DNA of 64,000 bases from Candidatus Eiseniibacteriota bacterium (GCA_043819135.1 JBDRFG010000106.1:809-64808), one strand, 5' to 3'. Shown: positions 29,270-38,777, counted from the first letter of the stretch. Notes: generated from the letters alone by a model not told the origin. Made by a program: numbers and translations.

Positions 29270-30520
29270 CTAGCGGTACATGGCCTTGATGCTGCCCCAG
29301 CTCTGCGCCTCGACCGGCGAACCGGTCCAGTCCTCGAGCCAGGTGTCGTCAAGCATGACGCCGGCGCCACCAGCGGCACCCGGACCGCAACCGTTGTCGG
29401 TCGAGTAGAACGTGATCTTGTACCGGAACGCCGTTCCCGGCAGCAGCGGGCTGATGTCGTAACCGACGATTCCGCTCGTGCCCCATCCGTCGCACTGGCC
29501 GAAGTCGCCCCAGAACGCCGCGGTCATGGTCCAGCTGCCGCCACCGTCCACGCTGACTTCCTCTGTCCAGTAGTCGTTGTCGACCGTCGGCACCTCGGCG
29601 TGAATAAGCATGCGAAGCGTGCACGTGACGCTTCCGACGATGCTCACGGCGGGGGAGATCAACGAGTTGTTGAGATTCGGAGGCGTCAGGGACGTGTCGG
29701 CGGCGTCGCCGCACCACCAGCTGTGCGGGTCGCTGTAGGCGATACACGCACGATCGATGATGTGCCACCAGTCGCCGGCCGAAGACGGGATGCCGGAGAC
29801 GCAGAGGCCGCCGCTCTCGCCGTCATCGTAGAAGTACACGTAGCCGCCGAAGTAGTCGAACACCTTCACGTTGTCGCACATGAAACCGCCACCGACCGAC
29901 AGATAGTGGCCGTCCTGATCCGACCAGCCGCCGTCCGACAGGAAGCGGAAGCGGGCGTTGAGCGGATTGTCGTACGCATCCAGGATGAAGCCGTAGAGAC
30001 CGATGTCGGTCCACGGCTGCTTGCCGTCGTAGCCCTTGTTCAGGTTCACGTAGACGCCGAGGCTCTCGGCCTGAACGTACGTGTAGTCGTAGCCGGCCTC
30101 CGAGTCGTGACGGAACGCGTAGGTCAGGATCGGGTACGTGGCACCGGTCAGGTCCACCGTCGGGATGACCAGCCTGTCATCCCAGCTGTTGCCGTAACCA
30201 CCGTCCGCGTCATAGTCGAAATTACCGCACCACCAGGACTGTCCGCGCCCTCTGCTCGCGGGCGGCTCGTAGGCCATGTAGGTGTCCAGATGGAAGTGGG
30301 GAACCGAGGTGGCGGTGTTGTCTTCATGCGTCCAACCGGCGACGCCGCCCTCCATGTCATCGAAATACAGGATGACGGGGCTGCGCGACGCGTACGCGTC
30401 GATCTGATCGGTGTAGCTGGCAACGGTCTTCCGCGCGGTCGCGGTCGTGGCAAGTGCAAACACCGCGGCGACGACCATCATCACACAAAGCGTTCTCTTA
30501 AGCATCGTTTCGAACTCCAT
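29270..30520 (-). CDS. secreted hypothetical protein with internally duplicated Trp/Tyr/Asp/Gly-rich domain
   Basis: This is the only substantial minus-strand gene. It has a signal peptide (MLKRTLCVMMVVAAVFALATTATA; an alternative start is at 30505). Two roughly 150-aa repeats each begin S-W-W-C-G (SWWCGNFDYDADGG... and SWWCGDAADTS...). I see no catalytic motif. Confidence 0.6.
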   Translation of the reverse strand: MEFETMLKRTLCVMMVVAAVFALATTATARKTVASYTDQIDAYASRSPVILYFDDMEGGVAGWTHEDNTATSVPHFHLDTYMAYEPPASRGRGQSWWCGNFDYDADGGYGNSWDDRLVIPTVDLTGATYPILTYAFRHDSEAGYDYTYVQAESLGVYVNLNKGYDGKQPWTDIGLYGFILDAYDNPLNARFRFLSDGGWSDQDGHYLSVGGGFMCDNVKVFDYFGGYVYFYDDGESGGLCVSGIPSSAGDWWHIIDRACIAYSDPHSWWCGDAADTSLTPPNLNNSLISPAVSIVGSVTCTLRMLIHAEVPTVDNDYWTEEVSVDGGGSWTMTAAFWGDFGQCDGWGTSGIVGYDISPLLPGTAFRYKITFYSTDNGCGPGAAGGAGVMLDDTWLEDWTGSPVEAQSWGSIKAMYR

Positions 30521-30938
30521 GTTGAAGCCCTGGGTTATGAGAAGGATCGTACGACTCCCTCTCGTTCACTACGATGTCGCCCCGCAACTCTCGTGCCCCG
30601 GGTGTAACAACGTGCGTCTCGCTTCCCTCCCCGGCTACGCCCGCGCTCGGTGATTCACCGTCCCCGCAACCTTCGTCGGGGGTCCCGCACGCCTTCTGTT
30701 CGTGCAAGTGACGTGCCAAGCCGGATACGATGCAGACGTAACTGGCACGGCAGCGGGGGATTAGAGCGCCCGCGGGCCTCTGCGGGACTTCGGCACAAGA
30801 TCTGGGGCGCCGCTGCTGTGAAGCGAATCGCGGCGGACGATGATCGTGCACGCCGCCGATTGGCAGCGTGCCCCGTACAAACTGCGCCCCGCCAGATGCT
30901 AGGGACGGGCCCTTCGCGACTTACGCGGGCAAAACCCC

Positions 30939-30967
30939 TTGACCACCCGTTCATGGACGGATATTCT
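30939..30967 (+). promoter_or_regulatory. putative sigma70-type promoter upstream of selA
   Basis: TTGACC (30939-30944), a 17-nt spacer, then TATTCT (30962-30967). It lies about 80 nt upstream of the selA ATG. Confidence 0.4.
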
Positions 30968-31049
30968 GACGCCATCACCGATCATTCTTGGCCGCGATCC
31001 AAAGCGGCCGTTTTGAGGCGCGGGCTTCAGGGAGCGTGCGGGCTGACGT

Positions 31050-32462
31050 ATGACCGACAAGAGAAGACTGAGCGCGATACCGTCCGTCGATGCAGTGCTG
31101 GCTCATCTCGAGGAGAGAAGCCTCAGCACAGTACAGCCTACGCCCATACTGACCCGTCTCGTCAGGGAGATACTCGAACGCGAGCGCGCGGCAATGCTCG
31201 CCGGCGAGGGGCACCACGGGGACACCCCCGAGGACACACGCGCCGGTATCCTCAGGAAGGTGGAGGCGGAGGTCCTGCGCTCGCCTGCCCGCGGTCTCGT
31301 GCCTGTCATCAACGCCACCGGCGTGGTCGTTCACACCAATTTGGGAAGAGCGCCGCTCTCTGAAGAGGCCGTGGCGGCGGTTGCGGAGATTGCGCGAGGG
31401 TACTCGAATCTGGAGTACGACCTGATCAGGGGCACTCGCGGGAAGAGGGACTACCTTGTCAGGGACGCGCTGTGCGAGCTGACCGGCGCCGAGGACGCTC
31501 TCGTGGTGAACAACAACGCGGCGGCCGTCCTCCTGGTTCTGAACACTCTCGCCGCCGGTCGCGAGGTCGTCGTATCGCGAAGCGAACTGATAGAGATCGG
31601 CGGCTCGTTCAGGCTTCCGGACGTGTTCGAGCGCAGCGGCTCGCGCATGGTCGAGGTCGGAACGACGAACCGCACACACCTGTCGGATTTCCGGGACGCC
31701 ATCAGGAGCAGCACAGGGGCGCTCATGTCAGCGCACTGGAGCAACTACTCGATCTCGGGATTCGTCGAGCGCGTTTCGTTGAGCAAACTCGCCTCACTGG
31801 GAGAGCGCTTCGGCATTCCCGTTATCCATGACCTTGGAAGCGGCATCCTCATCGATCCCGCGAAGCTCGGGCTTTCCGGAGAGATGACGGTGGCTGAGAG
31901 CGTCTCCGCCGGAGCGACCGTCTCGACCTTCAGCGGCGACAAGATCCTCGGAGGCCCGCAGGCCGGCATCGCGGTGGGCACGGAGAGCGCCATCTCGCGC
32001 ATGAGGGCGAATCCCCTGATGCGAGCGCTTCGCCCGGGCAAGCTGACTCTGGCCGCCCTGTCGGCGACGCTCGCAAGCTACCTTCGCGGCGACGCAGAGA
32101 CGTCGGTCCCCGTGTTGTCAACGATCCTGGCGCCTCTCGATTCGCTTGCCGGAAGGGCCGAGCGAATGGCCAAGTCGCTGTCGTTGGCGCTGGGCGAGGG
32201 GGCGCGGGTATCGGCGCGTGAACTGGAAGGGCGCGTGGGCGGAGGCGCCGCTCCGGAGATAGTCATACCCAGCAGCGGGATCGAGATAGAGCCGCGCGGG
32301 AGCGTCACCGCGGGATCGGTTACGGCCGCGATGCTCGCGGCGTCACCGGCCGTCGTCGCGCGCACACAGGACGACCGCATAATCGTTGACTTGAGAACCG
32401 TCCCTGAAGACCAGGACAGCGCGGTCGTCGAGGCCCTGATCCACGCGTTCGGGGAGAGGTAA
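31050..32462 (+). CDS. selA: L-seryl-tRNA(Sec) selenium transferase
   Basis: INATGVVVHTNLGRAPL, the PLP region GGSFRLP and FSGDKILGGPQAGI with the PLP lysine are present. The protein is about 470 aa. Confidence 0.85.
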   Translation: MTDKRRLSAIPSVDAVLAHLEERSLSTVQPTPILTRLVREILERERAAMLAGEGHHGDTPEDTRAGILRKVEAEVLRSPARGLVPVINATGVVVHTNLGRAPLSEEAVAAVAEIARGYSNLEYDLIRGTRGKRDYLVRDALCELTGAEDALVVNNNAAAVLLVLNTLAAGREVVVSRSELIEIGGSFRLPDVFERSGSRMVEVGTTNRTHLSDFRDAIRSSTGALMSAHWSNYSISGFVERVSLSKLASLGERFGIPVIHDLGSGILIDPAKLGLSGEMTVAESVSAGATVSTFSGDKILGGPQAGIAVGTESAISRMRANPLMRALRPGKLTLAALSATLASYLRGDAETSVPVLSTILAPLDSLAGRAERMAKSLSLALGEGARVSARELEGRVGGGAAPEIVIPSSGIEIEPRGSVTAGSVTAAMLAASPAVVARTQDDRIIVDLRTVPEDQDSAVVEALIHAFGER

Positions 32463-32464
32463 CA

Positions 32465-34003
32465 GTGGAATACACATCCGTGTCGGGAGCGACCACACAG
32501 CAGTTCGAACACCTTCGCGAGTCCGGAGTGCTCTCCGAGGGGGTGACCCTGGAGCGTTCCGGCATCGCGCGGTCACCCGTGCTCGTGCGACCGGTCGTGG
32601 GAGACGCCCTCGACGGCTGGATGCCTAGGATCGAACAATCCATCGGCGTCGTGAAGGGCGTTGTCGCTTTTTCGGGATCCGACATGGCGGAGACCGCCCA
32701 GATCGCGGCGGCCGCGGCCGCGTGGCTCGGCGACCGAGGAAGAACCGTAGTTCTTGTGGACGCGTCCGTCGAGCGCCCCGTTCTCGGGAAGCCTCTTCCA
32801 GAGGACGGGGACGAGGGTCTGGTGGACGCGGTCCTGTTCGGCGTGTCACCTCCGGCGGTCGTCAGACGTACGCTCTCGTCCGGGGTCCGTGTGGTCACGA
32901 CGGGATCACATCCGCTTTCGGTCGATCGCGTGTTCGAGGGCGGTGAACTCTCCGGTGTCCTCAGGGGACTTGCGGAGGAGGCCCTCGTTCTCGTTCTCGT
33001 GCCTCCCGCCAACCTCGCGATGACGTCCGAAGCGCTCGACGCCGTCATCTGCATCGCCGGGAGCGTGGCCGAAGTCGAATCTCTCGCATCGTGCATAGAG
33101 GGCGTCAGGACGACGGGGGTCCACGTCCGCGATCAGGTCGAGAAGGTCGCCGACACCGAGCGGGCCGGCGAGCCATCTGAACTTCCGCCAATCGTCCTGC
33201 CGGCGCGCGAGCGGCCCGGCGAGCCGGTGGACGCGGAGGCGCAGGCGGGGGAGCTGACGCCGACGCGCCCGGAGCTGATGCACGGCGAGGGCGGAGACGA
33301 ACCCGACGACACCGAGGAGCCACGGCATACGCCCATTGTGCTCGGCGCGTCGTCGCCCCCTCGAACGCGGCCTGACCATCTGGCCTCCACGGTGGCGGTC
33401 GCAGTTATACTCGTGATAGCGACGGTTCTATGGTGGTACATGGACGGACAGCGGAGGTTCTACTCCGCTCCCGACGGACCCGCCTATACGGGACAGGAGC
33501 AAGTGACCGAAAGCGGGGACTCGGAGCCCGACGGGGGCGGTCCACCAGCTTCAACTGAGACGGGCGAGGAAACGACGGGACAGGACGGAGCGAGCGACGA
33601 GGCACCAGGCGTCGAGGGGGAAGGACCGACCGACGGTCGACCCTCAGCTGCCGTGGAGCCCGGGGAGTCGGGCGATGAGGGCGGCGCAACTGCCGCCGCC
33701 GTTCCTCAGGCGGGCGAGCGTCCCGACGGAGCCCCGCTGATAAGCGGGCCCGGCGGGTCGTACAGGATCATGGTCAGCTCACACCACCGCGAATCGGCGG
33801 CGGAAGTTGAGGTAGCCGAACTCAGCGAACGGGGCGTCGTGGCCGAAGTGATGGCAGCGGAGGTAGCGGACAGAGGAACCTGGTTTCGCGTGCTGGTGTC
33901 CGGCGGATACCCGACGCTCGCGAGCGCCAGCGCGGTCCTTGACACAATCAAGAGTTTCGGGTATGAAGGTGCCTGGGTAGGGCGCGCACCACAAAGCGAA
34001 TAG
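32465..34003 (+). CDS. SPOR-domain cell-division protein with degenerate ParA/MinD-like N-terminal domain
   Basis: The N-terminal ~200 aa have a ParA/MinD-like layout but lack the P-loop (VVAFSGSDMAETAQIAAAAAAWLGDRGRTVVLVDAS in place of KGGVGKT). One TM helix follows (LASTVAVAVILVIATVLWWY). Then comes an acidic Gly/Glu/Pro-rich linker and a C-terminal SPOR domain (YRIMVSS...TWFRVLVSGGYPTLASASAVLDTIKSFGYEGAWV). Confidence 0.6.
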   Translation: MEYTSVSGATTQQFEHLRESGVLSEGVTLERSGIARSPVLVRPVVGDALDGWMPRIEQSIGVVKGVVAFSGSDMAETAQIAAAAAAWLGDRGRTVVLVDASVERPVLGKPLPEDGDEGLVDAVLFGVSPPAVVRRTLSSGVRVVTTGSHPLSVDRVFEGGELSGVLRGLAEEALVLVLVPPANLAMTSEALDAVICIAGSVAEVESLASCIEGVRTTGVHVRDQVEKVADTERAGEPSELPPIVLPARERPGEPVDAEAQAGELTPTRPELMHGEGGDEPDDTEEPRHTPIVLGASSPPRTRPDHLASTVAVAVILVIATVLWWYMDGQRRFYSAPDGPAYTGQEQVTESGDSEPDGGGPPASTETGEETTGQDGASDEAPGVEGEGPTDGRPSAAVEPGESGDEGGATAAAVPQAGERPDGAPLISGPGGSYRIMVSSHHRESAAEVEVAELSERGVVAEVMAAEVADRGTWFRVLVSGGYPTLASASAVLDTIKSFGYEGAWVGRAPQSE

Positions 34004-34019
34004 CGAGTAAGGAGGGTCG

Positions 34020-37000
34020 GTGTACCTCAAGCAGCTGGACATCTTCGGGTTCAAGTCATTCGCGCACAAACTTGATCTGGAGTTCGGCCCGGGCATGACC
34101 TGCGTCGTCGGACCGAACGGGTGCGGGAAGACAAACGTTGCTGACGCCATCAGGTGGGTCCTCGGCGAGCAGAGCGCCGCGGAACTGCGCGGCGCCAACA
34201 TGGCCGACGTCATCTTCAACGGCACCAAGCAGCGTCGCCGCCTCGGCATGGCCGAAGTGGCCCTGACCATCGACAACTCCGCGGGCTACCTGCCGACCGA
34301 TTACACCGAGGTGGTCATCGGACGTCGCGTCTTCAGGTCCGGCGAGAGTGAGTATCTTCTCAATAAGACGCCGTGTCGCCTCAGGGACATCAACGACCTG
34401 TTCCTGGACACCGGAGTCGGCACGCGGACCTATTCGCTCATCGAGCGAAAGATGGTCGATTCTATCCTCTCGGATTCCACCGGCCACCGCCGCTTCATGT
34501 TCGAGGAAGCGGCAGGCATCATGAAGTACAAGATCCGGAAGAGGTCCGCCCTCAACAAGCTCGAGGCGACCGCGACGGACATGCAGCGCGTGTCCGACAT
34601 TATCAGCGAGGTTGAGAAGCAGGTGCGATCGCTCAAGCGGCAGCTCGCGCAGGCCAGGCGGCATCGGCGCTACACGGACGAACTCAGGGAACTCGACATC
34701 GCGCTGGGTCGGAGGGAGTACGCCGAGTGGCAGACACGCAAGGACGAGTCGGCCGGACGGATCTCCGAGCTGCGGCGGTCGATAGGCGAGTGCGACGACG
34801 TGTTGTCCAGCTCCGAGCGCGAGGGCATGGGCATCCGAACAGAACGTCACGACAAGGAAGAGGCGCTCGGGAGCCTCGAGATCGAGATCGCTGAACTCGA
34901 CGCGCGTGCGCGCTCCCTCGCGGACGGTCTGCTCGTGGGAACGGAGAGGCGCAACGCATCCGAGCGCCGTGTCGCCGAGTTGGACACCGAACTCACGGAC
35001 ATCCGCGCCAACCTGTCTCTCGCCCTCGCCAGGGCGGCAAGGCTCGAAGACCGGATCAAGGAAGCCGCTTCGCGAGCGGAGGAGCGCGACGGCGAGCTGT
35101 CATCGATGACCGAGGGCCTCGCGGAGGTCGAAAAGGAACATCACAGGCTCAAGGAACTCCTCGACGGCGATAAGCAGACGCGGCTAGCCGGGCTCGAGAG
35201 CTCCGCGGGACTCAAGGGCGAGCTCGAAAGCTACCGAACGCGCCTGGACGACCTGATGGAGGAACACGTTGTTCTCGAGGCCGAACTTAGCGAGAACAGG
35301 GCGACACTCGCCGACAAGGAAGAGCACATTCTCACCGGCCTCGAGTCCGAGAAGAGACTGCGCGGAGCCGCGCACGACGCCGGCGCCGCGCACAAGCAGG
35401 CAACAGCGTCCCTGGACGGCGGAAGGGAAAATCTGCTGAGCGCGCGCGAGCGGAAGACGAAGCTAGAGGGCGAGCTCGACGCCGCGGAGCACAAGAGACA
35501 ACTGCTCTTCGAGATCAGGGACGGCTACGGCGGTTTCCAGGACGGGGTCCGCTCGCTCCTTTCGGAGGAAGCTGGCTCGGTCGCCGGTCTTATCGGGACC
35601 GTTGCTGACGTTCTTGCGATCGACCAGGGTATGGACGGGGCCATCGAGACCGCGCTTGGAGGGGCGGTGCAGTACGTCGTCACGCGTGACGTGGAGTCTG
35701 CACGCAGCGCCATGGGGCACCTCTCGAGGGGCTCCCTCGGCAAGGCGACGTTCATCCCGGTTTCGGAGCTTGCCGGCGTTCGGACCGAGCGCCCGCCCGA
35801 CGGCGTGCTTTCCTCGGATGGAGTCGTCGGCCCGGCGTCAGACTTCGTCAGGTGTGACGCCTCGCTCGGACTGCTGCCGCAGTTCCTGCTGGAGGGCGTC
35901 GTGATCGTGCGCGATCTCGACACGGCCCTGACCCTCAGAACGCGCGACGACGCGCGCGACCTCGCTTTCGTCACTCCGGCGGGTGACATGGTCACGGCGG
36001 CGGGCGTGATGTCCGGTGGTCGTCCAGGGAATGAAGAGGCCGGTCTCCTGCGACGCGCCGAGCGCCTTGATGCGGCTGAGCGCGCCGTCGCGGAACTCGC
36101 GAAGCGTCTGACCGAGGCCAGACAGAACGAGGAGAAGGCCGAGTCGGAGCTCGCGGCCGCGTCGGAGGCGGCGGAGAAGTCAGAGGCGGCGGCCGAATGG
36201 GCCGAGGCGCAGCTGTGGGACGCCAAGCGGGAGCTGGCCGAACTCGAGCTGGGGAAGACGAACCTCTCGGGCGGCGTATCGCGGCTTGCCGCCAACAGGG
36301 ACGCCCTGGGCGTGAGAATGGAGTCCACGCGGCGGGACCTCACCGCGCTCGCGAATCGTCTGTCCCAGCTGTCCAAGGGTGAGGACGAACTGGGAGAGAA
36401 GCTGGGCGAACTCGAGAGGAACTTCAGGGTAGCCGAGAGGAAGCGGGCCAAGGTCACCGAAGAGGAGAAGCAGGCCGAGATCGGGGCCGCGGCCGCAAGG
36501 GTGGAGGTCACTCAGCTCAAGGGTGAGCACGCGCAGCTCGGGGAGAGCGTTCGGACGGCCAGAAGCTCGATCGAGAAGAAGACGGAGGAGCGCGAGCAGC
36601 ACCTTCGCACCGTCGCGGAACTGGACACGCGTAACGGGGCCGACGGAGAGGTCCTGTCCGGTCTGAACACTGAGAAGAGCGCGCTCGAGCGCGACAGAGA
36701 CAAAATGCGCGATGCGGTCAGAGAGCTTCGGACGCACATAGAGAAACTGGACGGCGACACCAGGACGTCCCGAGAGGCCAGAGACAAGGCGCAGTCCGCA
36801 CTGCACGAGATCGAGCTGCGTAACACCGAGCTCAGGAGTCGGTTCGAGGCTCTTCGCGAGAGGCTTCGCGAGGAATACTCCGCCGACGTTCAGGAGCTGG
36901 GCGACCTTCGAAGCGAGGAAGGGGAACCTCACTTCGACGCGCCGAAGGCCAAGGAGGAGATCGAGCGGCTCAAGGCTCGCCTGCGCGCCATGGGCCCTGT

Positions 37001-37631
37001 CAACCTTCTGGCCCTCGACGAGTATGACGAAGAGAGCAAGCGTCTCGAGTTTCTCACGGGGCAGTATGACGACCTGGAGAAATCCAAGGAGTCGCTGAAG
37101 GCCGCCATCGACAAGATCAACGGCACGGCGAGGGACATGTTCCTCGAGACGTTCGAGCTGGTCAGACAGAACTTCATCACCATGTTCCAGAGGCTGTTCG
37201 AGGGCGGCGACGCCGATCTGAGACTGGCCGATCCGAACGATCCCCTCGATTCCGCGATCGAGATAGTGGCCTCGCCCAGAGAGAAGAAGCTCGGCCGTCT
37301 CTCACTGCTCTCGGGCGGAGAGAGGGCGCTGACGGCCATCGCGTTGCTGTTCGCGATCTATCTCGTCAAGCCTTCTCCTTTCTGCATCCTCGACGAGGTC
37401 GACGCGCCGCTCGACGACGCGAACGTTCAGCGGTTCGTCCGGATGCTGAAGGAGTTCTCGGCGCGGACGCAGTTCATCATCATCACGCACAACAAGGCAA
37501 CCATGAAGGAGGCCGACCGGCTCTACGGCATCACCATGGAAGAGTCGGGCGTATCAAAGGTCGTCTCGGTCAGTCTCGACGCCGCACGGGAAGAGGTGGG
37601 GAGTGAGGAAGCGGTTCTCGAGGCTGCGTGA
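34020..37631 (+). CDS. smc: chromosome segregation protein SMC
   Basis: The protein is 1203 aa. The N-terminal Walker A is GPNGCGKTNV. Long coiled coils flank a hinge. The C-terminus has the ABC signature LSGGERALTAIALLFA and the Walker B motif FCILDEVDAPLD. Confidence 0.95.
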   Translation: MYLKQLDIFGFKSFAHKLDLEFGPGMTCVVGPNGCGKTNVADAIRWVLGEQSAAELRGANMADVIFNGTKQRRRLGMAEVALTIDNSAGYLPTDYTEVVIGRRVFRSGESEYLLNKTPCRLRDINDLFLDTGVGTRTYSLIERKMVDSILSDSTGHRRFMFEEAAGIMKYKIRKRSALNKLEATATDMQRVSDIISEVEKQVRSLKRQLAQARRHRRYTDELRELDIALGRREYAEWQTRKDESAGRISELRRSIGECDDVLSSSEREGMGIRTERHDKEEALGSLEIEIAELDARARSLADGLLVGTERRNASERRVAELDTELTDIRANLSLALARAARLEDRIKEAASRAEERDGELSSMTEGLAEVEKEHHRLKELLDGDKQTRLAGLESSAGLKGELESYRTRLDDLMEEHVVLEAELSENRATLADKEEHILTGLESEKRLRGAAHDAGAAHKQATASLDGGRENLLSARERKTKLEGELDAAEHKRQLLFEIRDGYGGFQDGVRSLLSEEAGSVAGLIGTVADVLAIDQGMDGAIETALGGAVQYVVTRDVESARSAMGHLSRGSLGKATFIPVSELAGVRTERPPDGVLSSDGVVGPASDFVRCDASLGLLPQFLLEGVVIVRDLDTALTLRTRDDARDLAFVTPAGDMVTAAGVMSGGRPGNEEAGLLRRAERLDAAERAVAELAKRLTEARQNEEKAESELAAASEAAEKSEAAAEWAEAQLWDAKRELAELELGKTNLSGGVSRLAANRDALGVRMESTRRDLTALANRLSQLSKGEDELGEKLGELERNFRVAERKRAKVTEEEKQAEIGAAAARVEVTQLKGEHAQLGESVRTARSSIEKKTEEREQHLRTVAELDTRNGADGEVLSGLNTEKSALERDRDKMRDAVRELRTHIEKLDGDTRTSREARDKAQSALHEIELRNTELRSRFEALRERLREEYSADVQELGDLRSEEGEPHFDAPKAKEEIERLKARLRAMGPVNLLALDEYDEESKRLEFLTGQYDDLEKSKESLKAAIDKINGTARDMFLETFELVRQNFITMFQRLFEGGDADLRLADPNDPLDSAIEIVASPREKKLGRLSLLSGGERALTAIALLFAIYLVKPSPFCILDEVDAPLDDANVQRFVRMLKEFSARTQFIIITHNKATMKEADRLYGITMEESGVSKVVSVSLDAAREEVGSEEAVLEAA

Positions 37632-38544
37632 TGGCCTGGCCAAGACCAGACGTGCGATCACGGAGGGCATCAGGGTAGCTCTGGGCAGGGGCGCCGGCGT
37701 CGACAGCGCGGCGCTGGAGTCCATAGAAGAGACTCTGATCGCCGCCGACCTGGGCGTCGAGACGGCCCTTCATCTAGTAGACGTCCTCGGGCAGCGTTTC
37801 AGCGCGGGCGGCGGATCGGAATCCGAGGTCAGAGAATTCCTCGCGCTCGAGATCGAGACAATGCTCCGCGCGGCAGAGAAGGAGGGCGTCCAGGGAGAAC
37901 CCGGGGCGCCTCTTGTTGTTATGGTCGCGGGGGTTAACGGCGTCGGTAAGACGACCACGATAGGCAAGCTCTCGAAACTCCACATCGACGACGGGCGCAA
38001 GGTGATCCTCGCGGCGGGCGACACGTTCAGGGCCGCTGCGACCGAGCAGCTCTCCATCTGGGCGGAGCGAAGCGGGGCGCAGTTCGTTGGCGGACAGCTC
38101 GGGGGTGATGCGGCCGCCGTGGCCTTCGACGCGCTCGATGCGGCGATCGCCCGTTCCGCGGACGTGCTCATAGTCGACACGGCGGGGCGTCTCCACACTC
38201 AGAAAAATCTGATGCAGGAACTCGAGAAGGTCAGACGCGTGTTGGGCAGGCGACTCGCCGGCGCGCCGCACGAGGTCCTGCTGGTGATCGACGCGAACAC
38301 GGGACAGAACGCCCTGTCACAGGCGAGGATTTTCGACGAGATGCTGGGCCTGACGGGTCTCGTGCTGACGAAGCTGGACGGCACGGCGCGCGGCGGCATC
38401 GTGGTCGCGATAGCGAAGGAACTGGCGGTGCCGGTCGTGTATGTCGGCACGGGAGAGGCCATCGACGACATCGAGCCCTTCGACGCCTCGGCGTTCGCGA
38501 GAGGGCTTCTGGGGGTCGAGGAAGAGGGTCCCGAGGCAGCTTGA
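37603..38544 (+). CDS. ftsY: signal recognition particle receptor FtsY (NG domains only, no acidic A-domain)
   Basis: The SRP GTPase G1 motif GVNGVGKTTTIGKL, DTFRAAA, DTAGR and TKLDGTARGG are present. The gene overlaps the smc 3' end by 29 nt. Confidence 0.85.
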   Translation: MRKRFSRLRDGLAKTRRAITEGIRVALGRGAGVDSAALESIEETLIAADLGVETALHLVDVLGQRFSAGGGSESEVREFLALEIETMLRAAEKEGVQGEPGAPLVVMVAGVNGVGKTTTIGKLSKLHIDDGRKVILAAGDTFRAAATEQLSIWAERSGAQFVGGQLGGDAAAVAFDALDAAIARSADVLIVDTAGRLHTQKNLMQELEKVRRVLGRRLAGAPHEVLLVIDANTGQNALSQARIFDEMLGLTGLVLTKLDGTARGGIVVAIAKELAVPVVYVGTGEAIDDIEPFDASAFARGLLGVEEEGPEAA

Positions 38545-38569
38545 CACCGCACCCTGCGGGTGGTAGATT
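38541..38569 (+). promoter_or_regulatory. sigma70-type promoter of the rib operon
   Basis: TTGACA (38541-38546), a 17-nt spacer, then TAGATT (38564-38569). It overlaps the ftsY stop and lies about 25 nt upstream of the riboswitch. Confidence 0.55.
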
Positions 38570-38592
38570 CCTAGGTGACAGCTGAATACATG

Positions 38593-38706
38593 TTCCTTCG
38601 GGGCGGGGTGCAAATCCCCACCGGCGGTTACAGCCCGCGAGCGGAGCGATCCGCAGAGCCTGTGAAATCCAGGCGCCGACAGTGAGAGTCTGGATGGTAG
38701 AAGGAA
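38593..38706 (+). promoter_or_regulatory. FMN riboswitch (RFN element) aptamer
   Basis: The RFN consensus blocks are present: TTCGGGGCGGGGTGCAAATCCCCACCGGCGGTTA, AGCCCGCGAGC and GCCGACAGTGAGAGTCTGGATGGTAGAAGGAA. A P1 helix forms between ttccttc and gaaggaa. It sits upstream of ribD. Confidence 0.85.
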
Positions 38707-38743
38707 CCGGCACGGGAGGTGAGTCTCTTCCTGTGCCCCTTGA

Positions 38744-38777
38744 GCGCCCCGAGGGATGTACGGGGCGCTTTTCTGTT
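38744..38777 (+). terminator. intrinsic terminator (riboswitch expression platform)
   Basis: GCGCCCCG-agggatgta-CGGGGCGC forms the stem-loop and is followed by TTTTCTGTT. It lies between the aptamer and the ribD Shine-Dalgarno/GTG start. Confidence 0.75.

Noticed and set aside
30521-31049. Search for tRNA-Sec or SECIS near selA
   Set aside because: I could not fold any ~95-nt segment with a TCA anticodon loop, an 8-bp acceptor stem and a long variable arm on either strand. No candidate was found by eye. A software scan is needed before concluding absence.
30650-31363. 237-aa + strand ORF in the intergenic region upstream of selA, overlapping selA in another frame
   Set aside because: It has an extreme Arg/Gly/Pro bias and no start context. 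The region is better explained as the divergent promoter region plus the 5' end of selA.
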